A DNA stretch of 64,000 nucleotides from Candidatus Staskawiczbacteria bacterium (GCA_026395295.1 JAPLYZ010000007.1:66518-130517), one strand, 5' to 3'. Positions 29,341 to 39,680 are shown, numbered from the stretch's first letter. The notes: generated by a model from the letters alone, not told the origin. A program made the numbers and translations.

Positions 29341-29484
29341 TGATATATCTCATAGGCATATCCTTTCTTGTCAAAGAGCAAACCATTTGCTCCGTACCTT
29401 TATAATAATCCTAATCCCTATTTTGTCAAAACAAAAACCCAAAAGAATAACTTCGGACTTTGTTTCTAGAAAAATAAACCTTTT

Positions 29485-31146
29485 TTATTGGACGATGCCG
29501 CCGCCGGAGTTGGCAAAGTCATCTGGCAAGCTTGTGGTTATTCCAGAATCTTGGGCCGTGATAGTTGTATTTGTAAACTGGTTTTCTCCTGAAATTTGAG
29601 CCTGACCTATAAGAGGCGCCTGTGATCCTTTTTGCGAATTGGTCGGAGTAAGAGAAACTTGGAAAGAAAGAGAAATTGGGTCACCGGTCACCCCTGTTCC
29701 AGCCTGCACATCGCCAACTGACCAAACAATTTCGCGACTGGCTGAATCAAAAGAAAAATTTGATAACTCGTCCTGCGGCATAATTTTTCCGGTCAAACTT
29801 ACATTTGCCGGCAGAATTGCTTTTAACTTAACGTTTTTGGCGTCGCTGAAATAATTTTTAATTTCCCAATTTATTGTGTAAGTGGTTGCTTTGCCTGCCT
29901 GCGGAGGAATTGGTCCGGAATTGGAAATGTCGGAGCTCTGATAATATGCTCTTTGAGAAATCACCAACCCTGAGCTTACTTTTATTGTGAACTTTTGGGT
30001 TATCTGAGAAATATTTACTTCGTCAGTAATAACAGTGTTACTTGCGTCAATCGCCGACGAACTCCAGTTGTCTTTCACCTTCACGTTAAAATCAACTTCG
30101 CCTTGCTGCTGAACAGCCAAATGACTTAACTGCGAAGACTGGCTGTGGTCCCAAATAATCATGTTATCATTTTGCTGGACTTGACCTCCCGCCTCGGCTT
30201 GCAAAGTAGACAAATCCAAAGCCGGGCTGTCAATTTTTGCCACCAAAAATAAATCTTCAAAAGGGGTTGACCCAACATTGGTGAAAAAAATCTGATAATG
30301 AAGGGTCTCGCCGGGTTTGGCAACATAAGAAGATGAACTATTAACCAGCTGGGAAATAAACAGCAACGGCTGTATTGCCTGCGCAGTAACGCTGGCTTCT
30401 TTCACAACAATAAAACTTCCGTTCTGCCACATTCCCAGTTTCGCCGAAAAAATTAAACTCTGGCTGGTAGCTGCCGAAATTCTGCCCGAGATTGTAATTC
30501 TTCCTCCTTGCGCCTTGTTCAAGGTTTGCAGTTTCCATTCTAAATTATCCAAAGACTTCGGGTCAGATGATATAAAATCAAAACCGGGCATAGGGTCAAC
30601 TTTTATGCTCAAATTTTCCAGCGGATAGTTTACATTGGAAAAATAATTAATTGAGTACTGTAAATTTTTTCCTTGCTCCACCTTAGTTGGCAAATCGAAA
30701 TCCAAAGTAATAGGGCTTGCATCAATTTTAGTTATAAAAGTTGTGTCCGACTCGTAGGTGGCTGTTATATTTTTGGGCACATAAGAAAGCGATGCTTTGG
30801 CGGTTTTCAAATCTCCATCTTTGCCCAAAAGTCTGGCTTTAATTTTTACCGACTCCTGACCTCCAGGATATATATCTTTTAAACTCTGCACAAACATTGT
30901 CCTGCTGTCTTCGGTCAGAGAGTTGTCCGGCAAAATAAAAACTAACTTCGCTTTCTCTAAAACAAAGTTGCCGTTATTTTTGTATTGCACTGTATATTCT
31001 ATCTCGTCTCCTATTTTGGCTGTGCTGGGCCCAAAAATTTCCAGCCTCAAAATTTCTTTTGAAAACATACTGCTCTTGTAATACAAGAACACCGCCAACA
31101 CCACTATTATAATTATAAACAAAATTAAAAGTATTTTTTTCGCCAT
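29485..31146 (-). CDS. Membrane-anchored extracellular protein with Ig/DUF11-like repeats
   Basis: N-terminal TM, repeated GDEIEYTVQYKN / GETLHYQIFFTN segments. Confidence 0.75.
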   Translation of the reverse strand: MAKKILLILFIIIIVVLAVFLYYKSSMFSKEILRLEIFGPSTAKIGDEIEYTVQYKNNGNFVLEKAKLVFILPDNSLTEDSRTMFVQSLKDIYPGGQESVKIKARLLGKDGDLKTAKASLSYVPKNITATYESDTTFITKIDASPITLDFDLPTKVEQGKNLQYSINYFSNVNYPLENLSIKVDPMPGFDFISSDPKSLDNLEWKLQTLNKAQGGRITISGRISAATSQSLIFSAKLGMWQNGSFIVVKEASVTAQAIQPLLFISQLVNSSSSYVAKPGETLHYQIFFTNVGSTPFEDLFLVAKIDSPALDLSTLQAEAGGQVQQNDNMIIWDHSQSSQLSHLAVQQQGEVDFNVKVKDNWSSSAIDASNTVITDEVNISQITQKFTIKVSSGLVISQRAYYQSSDISNSGPIPPQAGKATTYTINWEIKNYFSDAKNVKLKAILPANVSLTGKIMPQDELSNFSFDSASREIVWSVGDVQAGTGVTGDPISLSFQVSLTPTNSQKGSQAPLIGQAQISGENQFTNTTITAQDSGITTSLPDDFANSGGGIVQ

Positions 31147-31187
31147 AGTTTTTTATATGTTAAATTCGTTATTTTTTTGTATAGCTA

Positions 31188-31280
31188 TTGACAAGGACAT
31201 ATAAAATGATAACATTAACTTACTAAACGTGGGGCGGATTCTATATGAGTCCGTCCCATTTACTTTTACTTTATTTTTTC
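31188..31280 (+). ncRNA. Promoter plus short hairpin transcript convergent on the NYN gene (candidate sRNA)
   Basis: TTGACA-16-TAACAT (extended TG), then 12-bp hairpin 31230-31258 and U-rich tail. Confidence 0.45.
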
Positions 31281-31921
31281 TTATCTTCCATTTTCAGCAT
31301 ATATTTCAAATATTCAAAATCCCTAAAATTGCTTCCTGCGAACTGACGAATTTCTCTGGCAGTCCTTGGTCCTCTGGCTAAAACTACAACTTCTTTTTTC
31401 TGCTCTCTCAGATATTTCAAAACCGGTAAAAAATCACCATCGCCAGATAAAACTATAATCTTATCAAAATTATCCATTTCTTTCATCAGATAAAAAGTCA
31501 TGTCAACATCGCAATTTGCTTTCCTCTTGCTTACTAACATCTGTTGGTCTTCGTCATAATCATAATATAATTTTACCGGCTTTAAATGCAACTCATAGCC
31601 GAAACTTTTTAATTTCGAATAAAATTTTATCCTCTTTAGATGCCGATTTATCAATATCAATTTTACGTCATCAAGTTTATCGCTTTTGTTTTTTATCTTG
31701 TCCAATAAATGTCTTGCCACATCTTCAATCGGCACAGTATCTTGAAGTAGATAATTATAGTTGAAATCATATATTTCCGCCCCGCCAAAATACAACGCCC
31801 TTGATATACCATATTTTTCTTTCAAGTAATTCAAAAGCTTCTGATAGTCAATTTTCCAGCCTAAACTTTTCTCCCCGCCATAAAAAAGATTAGAAGCATC
31901 AATAAAAACAAACGTCCTCAT
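31271..31921 (-). CDS. NYN/LabA (PIN-like) domain protein
   Basis: FIDASN, KANCDVDM, SGDGDFLP. Confidence 0.92.
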   Translation of the reverse strand: MRTFVFIDASNLFYGGEKSLGWKIDYQKLLNYLKEKYGISRALYFGGAEIYDFNYNYLLQDTVPIEDVARHLLDKIKNKSDKLDDVKLILINRHLKRIKFYSKLKSFGYELHLKPVKLYYDYDEDQQMLVSKRKANCDVDMTFYLMKEMDNFDKIIVLSGDGDFLPVLKYLREQKKEVVVLARGPRTAREIRQFAGSNFRDFEYLKYMLKMEDKKK

Positions 31922-32044
31922 ATTTTTATTCTACTGCACTTTAACCAAAAAAGCGAGCTTAAGCTCGCTTTGTTAAGCTCTCTTTTATTCGTTAACCTAA
32001 TCTCAATTCCATTATTGCATAGAATTTATTAAAAGTAAAAAAAG

Positions 32045-32085
32045 AAGCGGTCTTCCACAAGGTGAGTTGTGAAAAACCGCTTTTT
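32045..32085. terminator. Terminator-like hairpin downstream of the GC-rich accessory gene
   Basis: aagcggt..cacaa..ttgtg..accgctt with flanking A/T runs. Confidence 0.55.
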
Positions 32086-32148
32086 GGCCGCGAACGAAAG
32101 ATTCAAGGAATAAGAATTCGAAAGAATCAAGCGTTTGAGGCTTGAGGG

Positions 32149-33066
32149 TTACTGCGAGACGAACCCCGACGCAGAGCCGAAGTTGTCGCTCGGGCTGGAC
32201 ACATCGTCCGCGCCGAACTTGGCCTCGACGCTGAAGCCGAAGTACGGAGCGTGGCCGAACCGACCATCGCAGTCATCGGAGAATTCGTCGCCGGCCATGT
32301 CCATGTCCAGCTCTTCCCAGCGAACGAGGCGTTCCGGATGAACCAGAACGATTGAGCCTCCAGCGACGCTGGTAAGGCCGTACTCGCCCTTGGTGAAAGA
32401 TTCGCGTGCGAGACCGACGCAGTATCCGCCCCAACGCTTACCGAGCTGGCAAGCCTGAATACGGAAATCGCCTTGCTGTTGGTCCCGCATCTTCTGCATA
32501 ACTTCCCGAGTGTGCTGAGAGACGCGGATGTGAGCCGCGTCAATCTGGTTTTCGCGCCAGTTCGTGAACGAACGCGATTCGGCAATCTTCTGAAAGATGA
32601 GCTGCAGCGCCCGGCAGTACATCTCGGCGGGGTCTTTGACCTCGGGAAAATACTTTCGGGATAGCGCATCCTCCCACGGAACAAGGAATGCTCCTTCCAC
32701 CCAATTAGGTAGTGCGATTTTCTGCTGCACGTCCCTGTAGTAGCGAAACGCAGGTTCGGGGTCGAACCCGGGAAAATGCCGAAGCATCACCTCTGCCTGT
32801 TGCTGCATGGATTTGGGACCCTTGTACTCGCGCGGATAGTCGTAGGCCGGCCGAACCTTCTTACCCGCGTACTTGCTCTGTGGAGCGCGATGCTCCTCTA
32901 TCCAAGTAGCGATGTGTTCGGAGAGGCCAGGCGTGTCGTTAATACGCTGAGCTTCCCCTTCTGTACCATCTGACAAGCCGGCTTTATCGTAAGCGGCTGT
33001 CACGATTGACACGAACTTGAGACCTTTCGAGTCCCGTGATGTGACTGACGGAGCCAATTTTTGCAT
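32149..33066 (-). CDS. GC-rich hypothetical accessory protein
   Basis: Long ORF; SD AGAAAGGA favours ATG 33066 (ORF is open to 33147); perfect TTGACA-17-TATAAT upstream. Confidence 0.75.
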   Translation of the reverse strand: MQKLAPSVTSRDSKGLKFVSIVTAAYDKAGLSDGTEGEAQRINDTPGLSEHIATWIEEHRAPQSKYAGKKVRPAYDYPREYKGPKSMQQQAEVMLRHFPGFDPEPAFRYYRDVQQKIALPNWVEGAFLVPWEDALSRKYFPEVKDPAEMYCRALQLIFQKIAESRSFTNWRENQIDAAHIRVSQHTREVMQKMRDQQQGDFRIQACQLGKRWGGYCVGLARESFTKGEYGLTSVAGGSIVLVHPERLVRWEELDMDMAGDEFSDDCDGRFGHAPYFGFSVEAKFGADDVSSPSDNFGSASGFVSQ

Positions 33067-33190
33067 CGGAGCCATCCTTTCTACCGCGTTAAACGCGGTT
33101 TTCAATGTGCGTGTTGCGAATGCCCCGCAACAGGGCGTCCTAAACATTGTGTTCAGTATGCATTTATTATATCAAATAGTGGTTTTTATG

Positions 33191-33940
33191 TCAATGGTGA
33201 TAATTATTTTTGGAGGAATGGCCGGACAATATGTAAGCATAATAATTTTCGGAAACGTTTTCAAATAATTTTTGGCTGGACACCTCAATTTTTAATTTTG
33301 ACAGCATCTGCCAATCCTTCTTAAAAATCAATCTGAAAATTTTCACGATATCAGAATTTATCTTGGTCGCAGAGGCGTCGTGTCCTAAACACTTTTTGCA
33401 AATAGTCCCGCCAATTTTATCGGAAAAATAGATTGCGTATGGATTAAGTTTCTGCTGACATATATTACATTTTTCCACCTGAGGATGGTAACCCAACAGA
33501 GAAAGGAGACTCCACAAAAAATAATAATACAAAGCTTGGAACTTGGAACTTGGAACTTGGAACTTATCCAGCGTGGTAAATGTTTCGTTTAATAAGTTGA
33601 AGACATTTTCATCTTTTTGCTCGCCTTTTATAAAATTATCTAAAACTTCGCCTATTCTATTGGCAGTTTTAAATTTTTCTAAATCCTGCCAGACATTATT
33701 GAATTTTTCTGTTGCCACCGCATCTGTGAGAGTCTTTCGCGTCTTGCCCTGTATAAATTCTATCTCCGACATAAAAAAAATATCAATCCCGCTTCTTAGC
33801 TTAGAGGCTGTTTTCCTTATAGCCTTGCCAAAAATTTCCAGCCTGCCGAATTCTTCGGTAAAAACAGAAAAAAACCTGTCCGACTCGCCCATGTCGCTTT
33901 TCTTAAAAACAAAAGCTCTTGTTTTATATTTTAAAGCCAT
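33191..33940 (-). CDS. recO: DNA repair protein RecO
   Basis: ESDRFFSVFTEEFGRL, CxxC..CxxC Zn finger; start 33940 or 33955. Confidence 0.9.
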   Translation of the reverse strand: MALKYKTRAFVFKKSDMGESDRFFSVFTEEFGRLEIFGKAIRKTASKLRSGIDIFFMSEIEFIQGKTRKTLTDAVATEKFNNVWQDLEKFKTANRIGEVLDNFIKGEQKDENVFNLLNETFTTLDKFQVPSSKFQALYYYFLWSLLSLLGYHPQVEKCNICQQKLNPYAIYFSDKIGGTICKKCLGHDASATKINSDIVKIFRLIFKKDWQMLSKLKIEVSSQKLFENVSENYYAYILSGHSSKNNYHH

Positions 33941-33941
33941 G

Positions 33942-34991
33942 CTATTTGATGCCACCGATTTTTTTTAGAAAATTTACTTCTTTCCTAATCTTAGAGTGCT
34001 CTGTGGCATTTTTAGCGCCAGACATTTTCTGATTTAGTTTTCTGATGCCTTGTTTCAAATCTGCCTTAGAAATATTACTCCCGAAATCAGAAGAAAACAC
34101 GTTCTCAATCAACTTCTCTCTTTCCATAGGACTTAACGTAAGCCCGGCCTGCTTTGCCGCCTTCCATATCTTAGTGTCTGTTTCCATTTCGTGCTCCAGT
34201 TTTAATTTAGAAACTTCAGATTTGCCCTCAAAAATAGACTGATCTGTGCTACCGGGGTGAATTGTTGATAGTTTCGTCCTGGCGCCAATTACCACATCTT
34301 GGCGCGCCACATTTTGATGCATAGAATGGGAACCCAATTTATCTTCTACAAAACCTGGCTTTTGAAGGTCTTGCTCGCCATGATCAGCGCCAATCACCGA
34401 TGCCGGAATAGACGCTGTCGGATTATGTCCTGGAATTGGAATTTTTATTCCCTGGATTGACCCCTGTGCTCTATTACCTTCCTGCGGACCAGAAGCGTTA
34501 TTGGCTCGCGATGGCATTTTCGATTCTAGCGATTCTTCATCTTGTACTTGTTTCGATTTCAGCTTACCAAGACTTTCTGAAATATCCTTCTTTTCTTTTT
34601 CCTCATAAGTTTTTACAACATCCTTCTCTTTTTCAGCAGATGCCTCGGCATTAGCGGGCGGTTTTTTCTCGCCGGCGTTAAAACTCCCCAGAGAATCTCC
34701 GCCGGAAACCTTTGGCGCAGGATTATTATTTATCTGTTCTTGATCTTTTGGCTGATGCAACCATTCTGTGCTCTGTTTTTTATTGAACTTAGCTTTTTTA
34801 ACATCTGCGCCAAATATCTTAATAATAATTTTCCTCAAAGCTTTTATAATTTTAGAAATGATTATAAAAACAACCGAGATGATAATTACGGCTGCAACTA
34901 AAAATATAGACAAAAATATTAAGTTGTCTCTGTTGGAGAGATCAATATTTTTTAATATTGAGAAATCAATTGCCATTAATAATTTTGACAA
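33942..34991 (-). CDS. Hypothetical membrane-anchored low-complexity protein
   Basis: One N-terminal TM, long charged region. Confidence 0.7.
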   Translation of the reverse strand: MSKLLMAIDFSILKNIDLSNRDNLIFLSIFLVAAVIIISVVFIIISKIIKALRKIIIKIFGADVKKAKFNKKQSTEWLHQPKDQEQINNNPAPKVSGGDSLGSFNAGEKKPPANAEASAEKEKDVVKTYEEKEKKDISESLGKLKSKQVQDEESLESKMPSRANNASGPQEGNRAQGSIQGIKIPIPGHNPTASIPASVIGADHGEQDLQKPGFVEDKLGSHSMHQNVARQDVVIGARTKLSTIHPGSTDQSIFEGKSEVSKLKLEHEMETDTKIWKAAKQAGLTLSPMEREKLIENVFSSDFGSNISKADLKQGIRKLNQKMSGAKNATEHSKIRKEVNFLKKIGGIK

Positions 34992-37863
34992 GGCGTTTAG
35001 CGCCAGTGGCGTCTGCGTTCCCTTTTGCAGAAATTTCTGTTGCTCTGAATTCTTTTAGTAAAAATTCTTTATTTTTTTCTATCAACAGTTTTTCTTTTTC
35101 CGGAACAACTAGCTCAACAGATATTTTATCTTGTGGCACCAAGTTCTGCGCCTTTCTCTCAGCTTGAACTAACCTTATTATCTCTCTTAGAATTCCCTCG
35201 TTCTCCAGCTCTTCTGTAATATTCAAATCCAGTTCCACCTCATTTTTAATCTTACCATCGAAAATAATTTCTTTAACATTCACCTCATCTTTAATCAACT
35301 CTAATAATTCTTCACCCAAAACTTTTAACTTTATACTTTTAACTTTCAACTTCGCCAACGGCTGTTTAACTTTTATCCCTTTGGCGGTTCTTTCAGCTAA
35401 AGCCAAATTAACAATTTGCCTTACTTCTTCCATTTTATTTTCTAAATCTTTATCAATTTTTTTCTTATCGAACTTTGGCCACTCACACAAATGCACAGAC
35501 TCTGGCAACTTATCTACTTTCAAATCCTGATAAACTTGTTCTGCAAAAAATGGCATCACCGGAGCCGACAGCTTGGCAGTATTCAAAAGAATATAATAAA
35601 AAGTGGCAATGGCTTCATCTTTTTCTGGGTTGTCTTCGTGCAATCTTTTCCTGGATCTTCTAATATACCACAACGATAAATCGTTTATGAAGAAATCCTC
35701 TAAATTAGAGACAAACCTGGCGATGTCATATTTGTCTAAATTAATCCCTGATGCATAAATCAAACTATTTATCCTTGAGATAATCCATTTGTCTAAAATA
35801 TTCTTTGATTTTGTTTTCAAAAATTTCTCGGGGTTTCCACTTGCGGTCATCTCCTCTTTTTTTACATAAGTGTTGAAAAAAACATATGAATTGTACAAAG
35901 TCATCAATTTTCTTTTTGTTTCCTCAGCCACGTTGTAGCCAAACCCAAGATTTTCGGCCGGGTTTTGTTTGGCATAAAGCCATCTCATTGGGTCAGCTCC
36001 AATTTTTTCCACCGCGTCGTCAAACCAGATGGCGTTTCCTTTGGACTTGTGCATTTCCTCTCCTTTTTCGTCCTTAACAGAAGCATAACCAAAAATTGTT
36101 TCTGTGGGCTCCTTATCCTCTAAAACAGCCGACATTACCAGCAAAGAATAAAACCAATTTTTAAACTGACCCGGGAAAGATTCACAAACCAAATTCGCCG
36201 GAAACCATTTCTTCCAATATTTTTTATCTCCAAAATATTTCATTGTGGAGAAAGAAACAATGCCGGCGTCTAACCAAGGGTTTCCAACGTCTTCAACTCT
36301 TGAAACAATCTCTCCGCATTTCTTACACTTTATTTTTACATTATCAATAAATGGCTTGTGTGGAGATTTTCCTTCAAACTGATCCCATCCTTCAACGGCC
36401 CTCTTTTTTAATTCTTCCTTCCCGCCAACCACCTCAAAATTCCCGCATTTCTTGCATTCAAAAACCGGCAAAGCCAGCCCCCAATATCGATTCTTTTTGG
36501 AAATCAGCCAGTCGTGCATATTTTTTAGCCAATCCAGTTCTCTTTCTTTTCCAAATTCCGGTATCCAGTTTATTTTTTTTGTTATCTCAACCAGCGACTT
36601 TCTGATTTTATCCATAGAAATATACCATTCATCAGCCACCTTCCAAACTAATTCTGTTTTGCATCTCCAGCAGGCAGGGTATCTGTGTTTATATGAAAAA
36701 ATTGAAAAAAGAAAATCCTGATTGCTCATGAAATAATTCAAAATTATTTCTGGATGCTTTTTAGCATTTTTCCCGGAAAATTCGCCAAGCCCTGTCAGAT
36801 AATCTGCGCTATCATTAATAACTGAAATTACGGGCAAGCCTAATTTTTTGCCAAGCCTAAAATCTTCTCCTCCAGCGCCGGGGGCCATGTGCACCATTCC
36901 GGTTCCTTCTTCTGTTGATATGGGCATAATCAAAGAATCGGTTAAAACAACTGAATGAAATTTTTCTGGATTTTCTTGTCTTGCCGTTTCAACAACTGCC
37001 AAACTGTCAAAAATAGTTTTGTAATGCAATCCTTCCAGCGACTTTCCCTTTTCTGTATTCAAAATTTTATAACTTTTTTCCTTAAAAACCGTTTTTACCA
37101 AAGCATCAGCTACCCAATATTTTTTATCTGTTAGCTTCACCAGCGAATAATCAATTTTTTTATCAACTGCAACCGCAACATTAGCCGGAATTGTCCAAGG
37201 AGTTGTTGTCCAAACTAAAAGATACTCCTTTTCTCGCCCAACTATGGGCAACTGCATTATTATAGACTCGTGAACCAGCTCTTTGTAGTCCTCGGTCAAA
37301 ATTTCGTGTTGCGAAATTGCTGTTTCACATCTTGGACACCATGGCACAGAATCATGTCCTTTGTAAACTAATCCTTTCTCGTGACAAACTTTCAAAAAGT
37401 GCCAAATAGCATAGTTATTTTCGTCAGACATCGTGTAATACGAATTTTCCCAATCCATCCACTGGCCCAGCCTAATTGACTGCTGAGTCTGAATTGCCGA
37501 ATATTTTCTTACCCTCTCTTTGCATTTTTCAACAAATTTATCAATTCCATAAACCTCAATGTCCTTCTTATTTTTAAATCCCAGTTCTTTTTCAACTTCA
37601 ACTTCAACCCAAAGTCCTTGGCAATCAAATCCGTTTTGATACCTCTCATCAAACCCTTGCATTGCCTTGTATCTTTGCAATAAATCCTTATAAGTCCTTC
37701 CCCAAGCGTGGTGCACGCCCATTGGGTTGTTGGCAGTAATTGGCCCATCTAAAAACGACCAGGGCTTTCCCTTTTTATTTTTTTCTCTCAGTTTCTCAAA
37801 AATCTTATTCTCCTCCCAAAACTTTAAAACTTTTTTTTCTTCCTCTGGAAAATTATACGCCAT
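34966..37863 (-). CDS. ileS: Isoleucine--tRNA ligase
   Basis: DGPITAN, GFDCQGL, WTTTPWT, YPACWRC, EMHKSKGN. Confidence 0.95.
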   Translation of the reverse strand: MAYNFPEEEKKVLKFWEENKIFEKLREKNKKGKPWSFLDGPITANNPMGVHHAWGRTYKDLLQRYKAMQGFDERYQNGFDCQGLWVEVEVEKELGFKNKKDIEVYGIDKFVEKCKERVRKYSAIQTQQSIRLGQWMDWENSYYTMSDENNYAIWHFLKVCHEKGLVYKGHDSVPWCPRCETAISQHEILTEDYKELVHESIIMQLPIVGREKEYLLVWTTTPWTIPANVAVAVDKKIDYSLVKLTDKKYWVADALVKTVFKEKSYKILNTEKGKSLEGLHYKTIFDSLAVVETARQENPEKFHSVVLTDSLIMPISTEEGTGMVHMAPGAGGEDFRLGKKLGLPVISVINDSADYLTGLGEFSGKNAKKHPEIILNYFMSNQDFLFSIFSYKHRYPACWRCKTELVWKVADEWYISMDKIRKSLVEITKKINWIPEFGKERELDWLKNMHDWLISKKNRYWGLALPVFECKKCGNFEVVGGKEELKKRAVEGWDQFEGKSPHKPFIDNVKIKCKKCGEIVSRVEDVGNPWLDAGIVSFSTMKYFGDKKYWKKWFPANLVCESFPGQFKNWFYSLLVMSAVLEDKEPTETIFGYASVKDEKGEEMHKSKGNAIWFDDAVEKIGADPMRWLYAKQNPAENLGFGYNVAEETKRKLMTLYNSYVFFNTYVKKEEMTASGNPEKFLKTKSKNILDKWIISRINSLIYASGINLDKYDIARFVSNLEDFFINDLSLWYIRRSRKRLHEDNPEKDEAIATFYYILLNTAKLSAPVMPFFAEQVYQDLKVDKLPESVHLCEWPKFDKKKIDKDLENKMEEVRQIVNLALAERTAKGIKVKQPLAKLKVKSIKLKVLGEELLELIKDEVNVKEIIFDGKIKNEVELDLNITEELENEGILREIIRLVQAERKAQNLVPQDKISVELVVPEKEKLLIEKNKEFLLKEFRATEISAKGNADATGAKRLVKIINGN

Positions 37864-37870
37864 TTTTTTA

Positions 37871-38863
37871 TTATTTTTTATCTTCTATTTTTATAGCTCT
37901 TGTTTCTTCGCCTAATTTCCTGAATGCTCCTTTGCCATAGGTTTTCTCTACCAAACGAGCAACCCTTAACCTTTTACCGGTAAAATACGCTTCTGCAAAA
38001 ACATTAAAAACATCTTCTCTCGTTTGAAATTGTTCAGGATTTTTTAGCTGAATATCTTTCATCATTCCCTTTAACTTTTTCCGTTCCTCGCGATATGCAT
38101 AAGGTCTGCCCGCTGTAGATTTTTCTTTTGTTACAAATAGACTGGCTACAACCCCTGGATTAACTCTAACTGTCGCGCTAAAACTATCTCTTTCCCGTAT
38201 ATCGTCTGCCAACACTGAAATTGATCCAAAATATTCTTTATCAAATCTTTTTGTAAGCTCTTCTGTAACAGCCTCATTGATACCCTTAAAATAGTCTTCT
38301 TCTGCTTTCGTCGTCGATACAAATCCTTCAACCCTACTCGATATTTTTCCATCTTTAGAACCATAATTAGCAGACTGGAAAGCATTAAAATGTATCAGCT
38401 CATGAGCCACTCTTTGGGCAAAATATAATCTACTTTCCATTTCAGGAAGAATAAAGATGGAAACTGCCTGTTTATAAGGACGGTACCGCCCTCCAACCTT
38501 ATTTTTAGCATTATCAATCTTTTCTCTTTGCTCTTCCGTTAATTCACTCAAATCTACCTTATCAAAGTCTATAATATGAACATGCTCAGGCTTTATAGGT
38601 GCTGGATCACCTCCATATTTTTCAATAAATTCAGGAATGCAAGATGAAATTTGACTTATTATCTCCAATTCTTCTGGGCTTTTCTCTCGCTCTATCCCGT
38701 AGGGAGCTTGTTTGTCGAATAATTCTGTTTTAACGTTTTTTAAAATTGTTTTTTCCTGTCCCCGCGAAACACCGACAACCCTCATCAAGCCCGAAGTTCT
38801 TTCTGGCTTTTGCTCTTCCGGCTGTGGTTCTTCTTCGAAATGTTCGCCTGGCTCTTTTAACAT
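37871..38863 (-). CDS. Hypothetical HExxH zincin-like protein
   Basis: AHELIH..NEAVTE gluzincin pattern. Confidence 0.7.
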   Translation of the reverse strand: MLKEPGEHFEEEPQPEEQKPERTSGLMRVVGVSRGQEKTILKNVKTELFDKQAPYGIEREKSPEELEIISQISSCIPEFIEKYGGDPAPIKPEHVHIIDFDKVDLSELTEEQREKIDNAKNKVGGRYRPYKQAVSIFILPEMESRLYFAQRVAHELIHFNAFQSANYGSKDGKISSRVEGFVSTTKAEEDYFKGINEAVTEELTKRFDKEYFGSISVLADDIRERDSFSATVRVNPGVVASLFVTKEKSTAGRPYAYREERKKLKGMMKDIQLKNPEQFQTREDVFNVFAEAYFTGKRLRVARLVEKTYGKGAFRKLGEETRAIKIEDKK

Positions 38864-38890
38864 AAATTTTATTTTCTATTCTTTATTATC

Positions 38891-38973
38891 TCAGGTTATC
38901 ATACGATAACCAACGTTTTATATTGCAAATTGCATATAGTAAGTTTTTTGGCTCGAGCCAAAAAACTTACTAT
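38891..38973. repeat. Paired palindromes A+B (copy 1)
   Basis: tcaggttatc-atac-gataacc and perfect 38-bp atagtaagttttttggctcgagccaaaaaacttactat. Confidence 0.75.
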
Positions 38974-38977
38974 TCTG

Positions 38978-39676
38978 TTATATTAAATCTTTCAATGACT
39001 TTAAAATTTTACCCTTGCCTTGCCTAAATTCTCTCTCGCTAATTTTGACTCTTCTCAACAAATTTCCGTCATCCTCTTTTTTATACGGATTAAGCTCTAT
39101 TAATTCGCCTTTTGTGACTTTTTTCTCTTGAAGAATCTTTTTCAGTTTTTCTACGTCTTTCAAAACAGAAGCGTCTATAATTTTTGCCCGCAAAAGCATA
39201 AGAGGGGCTTGGTGGCTGACAACCAAAATGTTTTTGCTTCTATATTTCTCGTTTATTTCTTTGAAAAAATCAAACACTCTTTTAACAACCTCTGTATAAT
39301 TTTCCCCGCCCGGAGTTTTATTTTTTATCCTATCTATGTCTGCTAATCCCGGACCCTTAAAATATCTTACAAATTCATCAACTGGCTTAGAATTAAAAAT
39401 TCCGACATCAATTTCTCTCAAGCGCTTATCAAAAATCACTTTTAGCCCCAGCTTTTTTGCAACAATCTCTGCTGTTTGTTCTGTTCTTAGTAAATCTGAC
39501 GCAAAAATCAAATCAATATTTTTTGCTTTCAATTTCTCGGCCTCTTCTTTTATTTTTTCCTTGCCATTTTTTGTAAGTGGATTTTTGAACTTCTCCGGCC
39601 AAGAGGAAACAACATCTTTGACATTTGACTTCGCCTCTCCATGCCTCAACAAAAAATACTTGTTATTAAGTTTCAT
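38978..39676 (-). CDS. Histidine phosphatase family protein
   Basis: LRHGE, SDLLRT.QTA, LRE, VSH. Confidence 0.9.
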   Translation of the reverse strand: MKLNNKYFLLRHGEAKSNVKDVVSSWPEKFKNPLTKNGKEKIKEEAEKLKAKNIDLIFASDLLRTEQTAEIVAKKLGLKVIFDKRLREIDVGIFNSKPVDEFVRYFKGPGLADIDRIKNKTPGGENYTEVVKRVFDFFKEINEKYRSKNILVVSHQAPLMLLRAKIIDASVLKDVEKLKKILQEKKVTKGELIELNPYKKEDDGNLLRRVKISEREFRQGKGKILKSLKDLI

Positions 39677-39680
39677 TTTA

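Noticed and set aside
32127-32684. Overlapping 185-aa ORF in another frame
   Set aside because: Expected by-product of high GC, with Ser/Arg/Ala-rich composition.
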